Below, in pieces: positions 29,646 through 39,560 of a stretch of 61,218 nucleotides of DNA (the first letter of the stretch is position 1; each line of letters starts with the position of its first letter). Below the pieces are notes generated by a model. The model made no database searches. It was not told the DNA's origin and was given only the letters and a program-made list of their open reading frames with translations. This DNA comes from a virus (Duplodnaviria > Caudoviricetes). Location: positions 1 to 61,218 of IMG/VR virus record IMGVR_UViG_3300042934_000627. One strand, written 5' to 3'. The position numbers and the translations under genes are program-made.

Positions 29646-30191
29646 ATGAACTGGAAAACAGCAGGATTAATCGGAATCACATCGGCAGCCATCGTCTATC
29701 TCGTATCGCGTCCGAAGTACCCGACGATTGACGAAACGGAGCGGGACGACATAGTTTACGAGTCATACGGCTCACTTTTCGAAGTAGGCGATAAAGTAAT
29801 CGTTACCTGCCCGTATACTACCGAAATGTGGGGTGCAGACAGCGATTTTATTCCGAGAGTGTACGAAGTGTCAGACGTGCGGTATATCAAGCGCACAGAC
29901 GCGTACGTGTACAAAATTATCGGTGATGATCGGTGGTATAACGAAAATTGGCTCGTAAAAGATACGTATGGATCGATGACCGTAGATCCGGACGCTATCG
30001 ACCATGACCGCGAAGTAGTAGACGAGCAGCAAGCGGAAGCGCAGCGGAGAATCGAATGGAAAACGAAATCGGACGATCTGCTTGACGAATATAATCGTAC
30101 GCATGACGACGATATTAGACGCGAATGGTACGAGAGACAACGGGTTAACGAAGTGATCGAGGAAATTGTGGAAAGGGGTTTGATGGGATGA
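29646..30191 (+). CDS. Hypothetical protein with N-terminal TM segment
   Basis: SD gggagg; hydrophobic N-terminus. Confidence 0.6.
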   Translation: MNWKTAGLIGITSAAIVYLVSRPKYPTIDETERDDIVYESYGSLFEVGDKVIVTCPYTTEMWGADSDFIPRVYEVSDVRYIKRTDAYVYKIIGDDRWYNENWLVKDTYGSMTVDPDAIDHDREVVDEQQAEAQRRIEWKTKSDDLLDEYNRTHDDDIRREWYERQRVNEVIEEIVERGLMG

Positions 30192-30377
30192 AAGGATTTA
30201 TTGAAATAACTGATCGTGACTGCTATAAACATTTGATCAATATAAGCCGAATCGAATCCGTTTGTGAGGGCGACGACAATGAACTAACACGCATCTTTTC
30301 ACTCGGAGAAAGTACAAGTAGCTACTATGCTAATCAGTCCTATGAAGAGATCAAACGACTGATCGAGGAGGCGCAGC

Positions 30378-30731
30378 ATGACTAATCTTGAGATCGACCG
30401 CAAGCTGGCTGAGGCGATGGGATATGAAGATGTAGGCGTGCGAGGGACTAAAGTGTCTGGTCAATATGTTTACTACAGAAATATAAAAGAAAATGTTTTG
30501 TATAAATTCCATCCAACAGAAGATGTGGATGATGCTTGGAAAGTAGCCGAAAAGTTTGGATTATGTGAGATTCGCAGGGAAGAAGATCCACGTGCATGGG
30601 TAGCGGTTTTTGTGGATGGTTTTGAAGAAAATCAACTTCATGAATCATTCTCAGCTAGAGATAAATCAGCACCACACGCTATATGCAAAGCGGCGTTGAA
30701 AGTGATTGAATGGGGCAAGAGCGATGAGTGA
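30378..30731 (+). CDS. Hypothetical phage protein (EIDRKLAEAMG...AICKAAL family)
   Basis: Recurrent phage motif DAWKV.EK, AICKAAL. Confidence 0.65.
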   Translation: MTNLEIDRKLAEAMGYEDVGVRGTKVSGQYVYYRNIKENVLYKFHPTEDVDDAWKVAEKFGLCEIRREEDPRAWVAVFVDGFEENQLHESFSARDKSAPHAICKAALKVIEWGKSDE

Positions 30732-31107
30732 ACCATATACGCTTCCTTTTAGATTATCGGAAGCTGAATTAAAAGATCTAAATGCAGGGCAAAGCGATAA
30801 AGACGACAAACTATATTCACCAGAGTTTAGATTCGCCATATTCATGAGAAATCGTGAAGGCGTAATGTCACTTGATTGGATTCACAAGGTAATCAAGGCT
30901 TGCAGAAGCGGCAAGAAGATCGTCAATCCGATGTCTCCAGCAGAGGAGTTAAGGATCTTGCGTGATGCATATGCAGGACCAGTAGATGTTACTGCTTTGG
31001 GTGCAGTAAAAGGCGAAAAATTAATTGATAATGTCGTTGAAATCATCGCCAAAGAGCATCCTGACGTAAAAGATTGGCTAGGTGATAAAGATGCCTGCTC
31101 CACTTAA
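30724..31107 (+). CDS. Hypothetical phage protein
   Basis: Coupled ORF in early operon. Confidence 0.55.
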   Translation: MSEPYTLPFRLSEAELKDLNAGQSDKDDKLYSPEFRFAIFMRNREGVMSLDWIHKVIKACRSGKKIVNPMSPAEELRILRDAYAGPVDVTALGAVKGEKLIDNVVEIIAKEHPDVKDWLGDKDACST

Positions 31108-31409
31108 ACAAATTCGAGACTGTTATAGCGAAGCAGATAAGAAGTGGGACAAAGATGGTGACATGTACGAGCAAGGCTATGCCATGGGCATTGAATTTGC
31201 AGTGTACAAGCTAGATGAATTGTACCCGGGACTAGCAGAAAGGGTGTGGCCGAATGACTGATGTACCCGATAATCCAGTTATCACGCAAATGGAGCGTTA
31301 TGGCTATACGTTAGATGAATTACGCGAACAGGAACGATTATGCCGCGAGCAAATCGAAATTGAGCGCGAAGATACGTGGGATGAACGATATGGAAACGAG
31401 GTGGTTTAA

Positions 31410-32777
31410 TTGTTCGGGCCGGAAATTCTTTCGAAAGTTTGCGATAACAACGATGTAGAGGCATTTACCCGCTATGCCATCGACGCGTCCATGTTCGATA
31501 CAGATAGCGAACGCCATGCATTTACGTTTATTAACGATTATGCGTCAGCAAACGGGGGCAAGGCGCCAAGCGCGGATCTCGTAGCTGCGGAAGTTCCCGA
31601 ATTCGCCGCTATTTATATTCCACATGTGAGCGATGGGTTTCCGTGGCTAGTCGAACGATTCAAGGATGCGGCCGGCAAGCGCGCATTACAATCACTGTTC
31701 GCGACGAAAGCACCCGAAGATTGGCTGAACGAAAAATCAGCGGAAGAAACTATCGAACTATTGACGAAACAGCTCGATAATATTAAAATGAGAACATGCG
31801 TTCGACAAGAAGTTGGCACGAATGTTAAAACGGATACTGACAAGTTTATCGAAGAATATGAACGCCGTAAGTCCGGAGATAGCTTCAAGGTATGGAAGTC
31901 GGCATTTCCGCAAATCAATCGTGAAGTTGGTGGCTACGTGTCCGGCAACGTCTATACGATATATGGGCGTTCTGGGCGTGGTAAATCGGTCATTGCGATC
32001 GAGGAAGCCGTTGGCATGGCGATGCAGGGTGCGAATGTGCTGATCTGGTCGATGGAAATGGGATGGTTCGAAGTGCTCGTCCGTATTTACGTTAGCTTAT
32101 CCGCACGGAAAAAGGTTACGAAAGTAGAACTCGATGGAGAAGCGTTAGCAGCCGGATTCAATGCAGCAGACGTTCGCGCAGGTAATCTAGGCGATGACTT
32201 CGAAGAGGGATTCCGCGACTTCCTCAAGCGCATGAACGAGTTGATGCCAGGAAGTATCACGGTGCGCAGCGTAGATGACGATGATTTTAACAAGCGTAAC
32301 CTGCGAGCGCTGGAATCCGATATACTCGCGACTAAAGCCGATGTAGTCGTAGTGGATCCGTTCTATTATCTCGACTATGAGCGTAATACATCGAAAACGG
32401 CCGGTGGCGATGCGGCAGCCACGAGTATCGCATTACGCCGACTAGCTGGCCGATTGCATGCCGTAGTGTTTCCGATCACGCAGGCGGATGAGTCGAAGGA
32501 TGATAAGACAGACGAAGGCGACCGCGAGCTGAAACAGCCACAACGTGCTGACGTTAAGAAAACAAAACAGCTGCTCGAAGATGCGTATATGCTGATTGCG
32601 GTGGATACCGACTATAAACAACGTCGAGGCTATATTTGGCTGAATAAGGGGCGCGATGGTGGCGAGGGTACGGAAATTGAACTGTCGTATATTCCATCGG
32701 TTGGTATTGTTCGCGAAATGCCAAGCGGCGAAGAAATAGCTGGCGAGTTTACACTACCATTTTATAAAATTGGTTGA
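31410..32777 (+). CDS. DnaB-like replicative helicase
   Basis: GRSGRGKS Walker A, SMEM, VVVDPF, ITQ, KGRDG. Confidence 0.9.
   Translation: MFGPEILSKVCDNNDVEAFTRYAIDASMFDTDSERHAFTFINDYASANGGKAPSADLVAAEVPEFAAIYIPHVSDGFPWLVERFKDAAGKRALQSLFATKAPEDWLNEKSAEETIELLTKQLDNIKMRTCVRQEVGTNVKTDTDKFIEEYERRKSGDSFKVWKSAFPQINREVGGYVSGNVYTIYGRSGRGKSVIAIEEAVGMAMQGANVLIWSMEMGWFEVLVRIYVSLSARKKVTKVELDGEALAAGFNAADVRAGNLGDDFEEGFRDFLKRMNELMPGSITVRSVDDDDFNKRNLRALESDILATKADVVVVDPFYYLDYERNTSKTAGGDAAATSIALRRLAGRLHAVVFPITQADESKDDKTDEGDRELKQPQRADVKKTKQLLEDAYMLIAVDTDYKQRRGYIWLNKGRDGGEGTEIELSYIPSVGIVREMPSGEEIAGEFTLPFYKIG
31761..31804 (+). promoter_or_regulatory. Intragenic sigmaA-like promoter followed by LexA (Cheo) box
   Basis: TTGACG-N17-TAAAAT then aGAACATGCGTTCG. 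Confidence 0.55.
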
Positions 32778-32856
32778 AATTACCTATGGATTGGAAACAT
32801 TTACCACTTTAATTTATTGTTACAAAAATTTAGACTATTAAGGAGGGCTATCATAT

Positions 32857-33810
32857 ATGGATGTTCGCGCCGAGCTGGAACAATTTGAGTGGGAAAACGC
32901 CGAGTGGACGGATGACAAGCTGCTGGCTGCGTCGCCATTCCGGTATGATCGTAAGCCATCATTCTATGTATGGTTACGTGATAATCCGTCAAGCCATGCG
33001 AAAGCCGGTTATTGGGCCGATCTTGGCCATTACGATCAATCCTATGCTCGCGGCGGCATCACGAAGTTGCTGGCGTACCTTCGTCACGAAACGGAAGAAG
33101 AAACAGACGAGTATCTGCACGAAAAGTACGGTACCGACCTCGTCAACGACTTCACCGATGATGATCGTTGGCATATCGCCGCGCCACGACTACACTCGAT
33201 CTATCATCCGCGGGCACTGCCTGAATCGAAGTTGCCAAGTGGGCCATCGACTATTCATCCGTATCTAACTCGACGGGGCATATCGATCGCGACGCAGCAG
33301 TTATTTGATATTCGCTACGATACTGATTCGCAGGCGATTGCGATTCCCTGGCGGTTGCCCAGCGGTAACTTAGCCAACGTGAAGTATCGTAAGGTTTACG
33401 GTAAAGCGTTTTGGTACGAAAAAGGCGCGTGGCCAATTCGTGATTTAATATTTGGCATTGACGTAGTTTATCGCCAGCGACCGAAAGTTTGCGCGATCCT
33501 CGAAGCTGAGATCGATGCAATGTCGGTAGTCGAATCGGGTTATTCGGCAGTGGCAACGGGTGGTGTAGCGTTTGGGCGAGAAAAGTTAGACGTGCTATTA
33601 CGAGCGCCTATCGATGAGTACGTTATTTTAAGCGATAACGATAAGGCTGGCGATAAATTACGGGAATTATTGATCGAAGGGCTATCGAGGAGAAAACGAG
33701 TGAAACTAGCGAGAGTAGACGCGAGGTGGAAAGACGCGAATGAAGCGTTGATTAATGGGGGAACGAAAGCGATCGATGATGCATTACGTAATGCTCTGTA
33801 CGTCAAATGA
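32857..33810 (+). CDS. DNA primase (TOPRIM)
   Basis: YL..RGI, VKYR, EAEIDAMS, DND.AG, KDANE. Confidence 0.9.
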   Translation: MDVRAELEQFEWENAEWTDDKLLAASPFRYDRKPSFYVWLRDNPSSHAKAGYWADLGHYDQSYARGGITKLLAYLRHETEEETDEYLHEKYGTDLVNDFTDDDRWHIAAPRLHSIYHPRALPESKLPSGPSTIHPYLTRRGISIATQQLFDIRYDTDSQAIAIPWRLPSGNLANVKYRKVYGKAFWYEKGAWPIRDLIFGIDVVYRQRPKVCAILEAEIDAMSVVESGYSAVATGGVAFGREKLDVLLRAPIDEYVILSDNDKAGDKLRELLIEGLSRRKRVKLARVDARWKDANEALINGGTKAIDDALRNALYVK

Positions 33811-33836
33811 CGTACGTTACGGAAGGACGCCCGGAT

Positions 33837-34055
33837 TTACCGGGATGCCTGCTCAAATTCGTAAAGTTCCTCGATGGTTACGTTTAGGACTTCCGCGATA
33901 TTCTTCGCAGTGCGTAACGTCATTACGCGACGATGGCTGATGTAATCGTTGATTTGTTGCCGCGACATGTGCAGCTTATCGGTTAAGTAGCTTCGTTCCA
34001 ACCGTTTACTTTCGAGGATATCTTCGAGCAGGCAACGTCCGACCTTGTAAAGCAT
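33837..34055 (-). CDS. XRE-family HTH regulator
   Basis: MSRQQINDYI...MTL.TAKNIA..L....EELY. Confidence 0.85.
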   Translation of the reverse strand: MLYKVGRCLLEDILESKRLERSYLTDKLHMSRQQINDYISHRRVMTLRTAKNIAEVLNVTIEELYEFEQASR

Positions 34056-34083
34056 GCCGGCGTTCCTCCGCAATTATTTAATT

Positions 34084-34311
34084 TTATATATTTATTTTAA
34101 CAACTTTTTCAATTGGTACATTTAGAACAACACATAATTTAGTAATCTGTTCCATAGATATTGGTTTATTTTGGTTAATTTTTGATATGGTAGTTGGATG
34201 AAGGAGATTTACATCACTTCTACCTTTACGGAGATCATTTAAAACTAATCCTTTTTGAGCAAGCGTCTTGAACAATGGTTCATAAGACATTTCGTTATTT
34301 TCACTAGGCAT
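34084..34311 (-). CDS. Cro/CI-type HTH repressor
   Basis: SYEPLFKTL, TTISKI.....IS...I.KLC..L; SD aggagg; divergent from aimR-like gene. Confidence 0.85.
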   Translation of the reverse strand: MPSENNEMSYEPLFKTLAQKGLVLNDLRKGRSDVNLLHPTTISKINQNKPISMEQITKLCVVLNVPIEKVVKINI

Positions 34312-34337
34312 GACTATCCTCCTAATTTCTCCAAAAA

Positions 34338-34355
34338 GGTTCACTAAAGCGAACC
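34338..34355. promoter_or_regulatory. Operator-like inverted repeat 1
   Basis: GGTTCActaaagCGAACC; same form at 35742-35759. Confidence 0.6.
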
Positions 34356-34420
34356 ATTAGTATATAATATACTCATAGCATACCAAATTATTCATGAAAT
34401 TTAAAGTAAGGGTGAAAAAT

Positions 34421-35572
34421 ATGCCGAGTCTAAGGGAAATTTTCGAACAAGCTATCGAAGATCATGAGGTAAAAACTGGAAAAGTAATTACTAAAGCCCA
34501 ACTTTCGCGGCACATCGGATGTAGCAATTCACTTTTGACAAAATACCTTAATGGAGAAGAAGAATTTAGTTTTCCTGTTTTACTTAACTCTATTAGGTTT
34601 TTATGCGGGGATGAAAAAAAGTATGTTTCAAGAATTATTCTAGATCCTAATGCGTATATGAGCAGGCTTGATAATTACCGAGGATTAATGCTCTATCTTC
34701 TGGCTATGAGAGATATAAATAATTTAGAAAGAGTGGTTTCAATCCAAGCTAAGTCAAGCAATAGAAAAAATGCCGAACTTGCCAAGGTGATTAATTTTTT
34801 CGTTTTATATTATAAGGGCAACACTTCCGAAGCAGAAAAAGGATTAAAGAGGATATTTCCGCGGAACATTGAAGCAAAAGGTTTAAAACTAATACTACAT
34901 TGCTTCATATTACACCGAAAAAAGCAATACGAGATCATGAGACCGTATATACCTTTATTGGAGGATGTTATTGGTAGTTTAACTGATGAATACTATCGCC
35001 TTTTTATCTCACAAGAAACTAATTTAATAAGATCAGGGTTATATCTATTTGCAGATAACGATTATGAAAAAGCACGAGAAGAAATAAATAAAATTTTAAT
35101 GTCGAAAATATGCGGTGAATGCAAAGTTGAAACGTATTATATATTGAGCGCGTCATATATGTTTTCTGACTTTGATAAATCGATAAAGTATATGGAAAAA
35201 TACCGAAATGAGCTTTTGCGGTACGGGAGATTTATAGAAGCAGAAGTAGCAAAAGAGCAGGATGAAGTATTTATACGTGTTCTTTGTGGAAGGATCAGAC
35301 CAGAACAAATAAATGATGTATCAGAGAAAGCACATTATGAGGCGCGATGGGGAAGCAAAGAAAAAGCAATAATAATACTCAACTCTATACCAAGAACAAT
35401 GTTCCGTGATTACTACTGTGCATTAGCCAATGATGATGGAGAAAAGATGTTTGAAGTGCTAGTAAAAATGATAGCTTCTGGCGATAAATTTTGGGCACAT
35501 GTAGTTTATCGGAGCATTATAAAATTTGATGAGTTCCGAGTCCCATCAAGAATTTTGATGGAGAACTCATAA
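34421..35572 (+). CDS. aimR: AimR-like arbitrium peptide receptor (HTH + helical repeat domain)
   Basis: N-terminal HTH (KAQLSRHIGCSNSLLTKYLNG), ~380 aa helical body, EKAHYEAR.G and GDKFWA C-terminal motifs; followed by secreted peptide gene. Confidence 0.8.
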   Translation: MPSLREIFEQAIEDHEVKTGKVITKAQLSRHIGCSNSLLTKYLNGEEEFSFPVLLNSIRFLCGDEKKYVSRIILDPNAYMSRLDNYRGLMLYLLAMRDINNLERVVSIQAKSSNRKNAELAKVINFFVLYYKGNTSEAEKGLKRIFPRNIEAKGLKLILHCFILHRKKQYEIMRPYIPLLEDVIGSLTDEYYRLFISQETNLIRSGLYLFADNDYEKAREEINKILMSKICGECKVETYYILSASYMFSDFDKSIKYMEKYRNELLRYGRFIEAEVAKEQDEVFIRVLCGRIRPEQINDVSEKAHYEARWGSKEKAIIILNSIPRTMFRDYYCALANDDGEKMFEVLVKMIASGDKFWAHVVYRSIIKFDEFRVPSRILMENS

Positions 35573-35594
35573 ATATACAATAGGAGTGTGCTTA

Positions 35595-35732
35595 ATGAAA
35601 CAGTTAGTTTTGGTAGTGCTTATTTCATTTTCAGTTTTTGGTTTTGCGTTTACTGGATCTAATGAGTATTCAAACGCTAGTGGTGGTGTGACAACGACAT
35701 CAGTAACTGATCCTGGCGGAGGAGGTTGGTAA
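35595..35732 (+). CDS. aimP: AimP-like arbitrium pro-peptide (45 aa), not in ORF track
   Basis: MKQLVLVVLISFSVFGFAFTGSNEYSNASGGVTTTSVTDPGGGGW; SD aggag, signal peptide, PGGGGW C-terminus. Confidence 0.85.
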   Translation: MKQLVLVVLISFSVFGFAFTGSNEYSNASGGVTTTSVTDPGGGGW

Positions 35733-35741
35733 TATTTGTGT

Positions 35742-35759
35742 GGTTCACCTAATTGAACC
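35742..35759. promoter_or_regulatory. Operator-like inverted repeat 2
   Basis: GGTTCAcctaatTGAACC directly after aimP. Confidence 0.6.
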
Positions 35760-35854
35760 AAATTACATTTGTTAATCTCGTCAACTTTTTCATTACAATG
35801 AAAAAGATATGGTAGACTTTAAATACGCTAATTTAGAAAAGAGGTCTTCCACAC

Positions 35855-36469
35855 TTGGATAGTAAACAACTAAATAAGATTGTTGAGATTTACCAGCGAA
35901 CAAGGGATAACGATTTGTTCAGCATCATATACCGTGATTGCATTCCTGTAACAAATGTACTTCGCAAGATAGCAGCAAGTATTCATGTTGATGTTCATGA
36001 TCTAGTTGCTACTTACGAGGACAAGCTAATGGAATGTGTGAAAAAGTTCGACGGTAAAAGCGATTTTAGAAACTTTTTCAATTTCTCGGTAAGAAATGCA
36101 AGGTGCGATAAACTTCGACAATCAGATCGGCGAGAACAAAAAGAAATGCTTGAGTCGCAACTTAACCGTAATGACTCAAGCGGGCAATCAATGTTTGATT
36201 TAATTATCTCAAGGCAACTAATAGATACTCGTGAAAAGGTTCGTGATCAGTTGGCGCTAATCACATATCTAATGCGCGAGTCAGACGATGATCGAATATC
36301 GACCATTATCAGCGTGGCACTTGATGATACCAGTGGAAGATTAAGCCCGACGGCAATCGGACGTATCACTGGAATTAAACCAGACACTGTTTCACGATGC
36401 ATTCGTAAGCTAGCAAACTATTATAACCATGAGTTGTTTGGCGACTACCACGATTATTTAAGTTGCTAA
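35855..36469 (+). CDS. Sigma-70-like phage transcription factor
   Basis: Region-2-like (DL...YEDKLMECVKKFD...F..F....VRN...D.LR) and C-terminal HTH (TAIGRITGIKPDTVSRCIRKL). Confidence 0.65.
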   Translation: MDSKQLNKIVEIYQRTRDNDLFSIIYRDCIPVTNVLRKIAASIHVDVHDLVATYEDKLMECVKKFDGKSDFRNFFNFSVRNARCDKLRQSDRREQKEMLESQLNRNDSSGQSMFDLIISRQLIDTREKVRDQLALITYLMRESDDDRISTIISVALDDTSGRLSPTAIGRITGIKPDTVSRCIRKLANYYNHELFGDYHDYLSC

Positions 36470-36631
36470 TTGTATTTGCAATACATCTGTTTAATATGGT
36501 GTTGTCTATAGTATGTTGACTATAGTCAATGCCCACATATTTATAATAACTGTTTTTAATTAATTTGTATAGATGCAATATATGTTTACCATATTTTTAT
36601 CAAAAATCTAATTTTAAAGGATCTGATTATA

Positions 36632-37210
36632 ATGAATGGATTTAATTTTGGTGATCGTTGGTCTGTCCATCTTCCGCGTGTAAGTAACCACGCGATTGAT
36701 CGTGCAATACAACGGTTTAAGGTATCGCATAAAACCGCATCAAAGTGGGTAATCGACCACCTGCGCGAATCACGATTTATCAGTAGTATAACCGGAATTG
36801 ACGGAAAGCATGCGTATTTATTTTCGTGTCGCGACGTTGGTTTGGTCGTAAGCGACGATTTGACCACGATCATGACCGTTATTGTACCGAATAATCCGAG
36901 ATATCATAGCGCAGCTGATCGGACAATTCGTGAGCGATTCGTTAAGTTGGCACGTACAGAGCTACGTAAGGCGGAAACGGTCGAGCAACGCGTGAAGCGG
37001 ATTAACGAGCGCACGATTGCGGAGTTGAACGTTGAAATAGCACAGTTAACATTAGCGCTTACGCGATTGCGGTCACAGGCGAAGATACTGGCGTACAAGG
37101 CACGAATTGCCGCGATCAGCATGCGAATTGACGAATTGAAAACGGAAGCTGCCGAAGCCACTAAGCAACATTGTATAGTCGCGAAAACAGTCGCAGGTTT
37201 CGTATCATGA
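36632..37210 (+). CDS. Hypothetical protein with C-terminal coiled coil
   Basis: SNHAIDRAIQRF...IMTV N-terminal domain. Confidence 0.6.
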   Translation: MNGFNFGDRWSVHLPRVSNHAIDRAIQRFKVSHKTASKWVIDHLRESRFISSITGIDGKHAYLFSCRDVGLVVSDDLTTIMTVIVPNNPRYHSAADRTIRERFVKLARTELRKAETVEQRVKRINERTIAELNVEIAQLTLALTRLRSQAKILAYKARIAAISMRIDELKTEAAEATKQHCIVAKTVAGFVS

Positions 37211-37315
37211 GCCGGTTATGCAACGCATTTATACTGATGTTCGCGGTAGTTGGCATGGGAACGGTAGTCGAAATATTGGCGGTGAAAATTAAACAGTTTA
37301 AGGAGCGTGTTGTAC

Positions 37316-38044
37316 GTGAGTTACATCGCGAAAAAGGGTAAGGCGGCAGCTGAATCGGCATTGGCGGAAAAGGAAGATCTTAGCAACGCATTGGTTTCGC
37401 TAAAAAGTGGTACATCGTTTAAAGTACGTATTGCGAGCGCAGCCGATTTTATCGAGTACTTTGCGGCATCGGTTTATAAAGTATTTTGGACAACGCCGGT
37501 CGAACCCGGCAGCCTATATCAGAAAGCCGCAGCCGTACTGTATGATGACGCGAAGAAAGCGAAAGATGCCGGTGATGAAACGAAGGCTGACGAACTTCGC
37601 AATCAAGCGTACCAAATTAAGCCGAAGCCACGTTACTTGCTCGGATTCATTAACCTTGCCGATGGCCAGCCGATTGTTGTTGACTTGTCGAAGGCACAGG
37701 CGAAAGTCATTATCGCCGCGATCGAAAAGAGTGCGAAGAAACTCGATCGCAAGCCGTTTGAACTCGCAAAGGACGGTAAATCAACGAGTACAGTCGTTAG
37801 CTTAACGCCACTTGACCTCGAGGACTTGTCGGATGCCGAAGCGAAAGTATTCGAAGCCACAGCAGACGCGAAGGTGCCCGATGATCTCTACGAAAAAGTG
37901 CTAAGCGTAAAGTCCATCGATGATCAGGCGGAGGATCTCGAAAAGTTCGGGTTTGACGTAAGCAGAATCGGAATTGATAACGGCGACCCATTCATTAACG
38001 ATGGAAAACCGATCGAAGTATCAGACGAAGATATTCCGTTCTAA
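37316..38044 (+). CDS. Single-stranded DNA-binding protein (phage type)
   Basis: Acidic C-terminal tail DPF....EVSDEDIPF; upstream of polymerase module. Confidence 0.7.
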   Translation: MSYIAKKGKAAAESALAEKEDLSNALVSLKSGTSFKVRIASAADFIEYFAASVYKVFWTTPVEPGSLYQKAAAVLYDDAKKAKDAGDETKADELRNQAYQIKPKPRYLLGFINLADGQPIVVDLSKAQAKVIIAAIEKSAKKLDRKPFELAKDGKSTSTVVSLTPLDLEDLSDAEAKVFEATADAKVPDDLYEKVLSVKSIDDQAEDLEKFGFDVSRIGIDNGDPFINDGKPIEVSDEDIPF

Positions 38045-38066
38045 AAATCGAAAAGGGGCGATAAGA

Positions 38067-39176
38067 TTGGCGAAATTAAACGTTGAAAAACTCGCAGATA
38101 ACGCGGTGAAGTTTGACGGTGATGTGTACGTAAAGACAACAGGTAAGCCGAAGGTTGGCAATTTGGTACGTGCTTGTGATAGCGATATTAGTATTGATAA
38201 AGGATCGTTTTACCAAGCGGTTTCAATCGATTCGGATGGTGACCCACACTTCCTTGATAATGATAATGATAGGAACTGGTTGCGCCCTCATGATACATTC
38301 GCGAAACTGTCCGTTGGTACTCGCGTAAAGATTATGGGAAATAGCGAAAATACAACGGTTCCTTTCGGGGATACACATAGATTTTCAATCGGTGATATAC
38401 GGGAAGTTGTTGAATTACGTACTCATGGGGTTAAATTACCTGGAAGTTGCGCAAGTGTAGGATTCGGAGACTTCGAAATTTTCGATGACGACAAATCATC
38501 AACGCAATCATTCGAAGATGGCGCGTCATATACCTATGAAGGAAAATCATATACCTTGCGCAAACGTATGCCGCGCGATGGCGAACTCGTCATTATTACG
38601 GAAGACAGCGACTCGTATTACGGCAAAGTAACCACGCCGGTTAATATCGATAATAGTGATGATAGTATCCGCGATGATAACGATAATTGGTATTACGTCG
38701 AAGAAGGCGAGTTCCTGACGTTGGAAGATGCAGACGCGAAACAGCCAAAGAGTTACAACGATGGTGATACGTATGAGTACGAAGGTAAATTGTATGTGCT
38801 GCGCGATGTTGATGCCGACCAAAATGATAAAGTACTTATCGTTAATATTTATCCTTCGGAATCACGTTATAATAACGGCGATGTGCTTTCCGTTATTGGA
38901 CTTGGCGAAGATGGAGATGTTTATGATACAGATGGTCGATTAGTAGTTAGAGAAGAATATCTCGTACTCGAGCCGATCGCCAGCGAGTCACCAACGTCAT
39001 CACATACGTTCACCGTACGATTGAAAAACGGTCGTGAACTCACGATCACCGACGAAACTGCCGAAAATGTTGCGGACTTAATCGCCGCTAGCGTTGATGA
39101 CGGAGACTTCGTTCATGCTCAACTGTTCACGTCGTTGGAAAATATCGATACGATTGCAACGAAAGCGGGCGATTAA
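38067..39176 (+). CDS. Acidic protein built of tandem small beta repeats
   Basis: Repeats SFEDGASYTYEGKSYTLR.../SYNDGDTYEYEGKLYVLR..., E(F/Y)L.LE. Confidence 0.65.
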   Translation: MAKLNVEKLADNAVKFDGDVYVKTTGKPKVGNLVRACDSDISIDKGSFYQAVSIDSDGDPHFLDNDNDRNWLRPHDTFAKLSVGTRVKIMGNSENTTVPFGDTHRFSIGDIREVVELRTHGVKLPGSCASVGFGDFEIFDDDKSSTQSFEDGASYTYEGKSYTLRKRMPRDGELVIITEDSDSYYGKVTTPVNIDNSDDSIRDDNDNWYYVEEGEFLTLEDADAKQPKSYNDGDTYEYEGKLYVLRDVDADQNDKVLIVNIYPSESRYNNGDVLSVIGLGEDGDVYDTDGRLVVREEYLVLEPIASESPTSSHTFTVRLKNGRELTITDETAENVADLIAASVDDGDFVHAQLFTSLENIDTIATKAGD

Positions 39177-39560
39177 TTGGACGAACAGTTAACGAAAGGT
39201 GACCGGTCTGAGTTGATCGCAATGACCGCATTTCTCGCGAAAGGGTGGGACGTTTGCCAGCCAGTAGCTACGCGACCATACGATTTAACCGTAGAGCCGC
39301 CGGAGGGTGGACGGATACTCAAAGCGCAGGTGAAAACAATTCGCGAACGTGCTGACCGGCCAGGCTACTTAATCATCCAAGCGCGTAACCACGCAAAGCA
39401 GGCGTACCCAACGAGTGATGTCGATCTCATCGTGGGCGTTGATGGGCGCGACGTATATGTGATCGAGAACGACGGCAAGCAATCGGAATTTTGGACGAAA
39501 AAGAGCGATCCGAAGTGGACGAAGCTAAACGAAAATGACGATGTGGAGGCGATTGTATGA
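39177..39560 (+). CDS. PD-(D/E)XK endonuclease
   Basis: KGD.SE, PYDL, AQVKT motifs. Confidence 0.75.
   Translation: MDEQLTKGDRSELIAMTAFLAKGWDVCQPVATRPYDLTVEPPEGGRILKAQVKTIRERADRPGYLIIQARNHAKQAYPTSDVDLIVGVDGRDVYVIENDGKQSEFWTKKSDPKWTKLNENDDVEAIV

Noticed and set aside
34270-34281. LexA box GAACAATGGTTC in repressor gene
   Set aside because: Inner and flanking bases fit the consensus poorly, and it coincides with the conserved YEPLF coding motif
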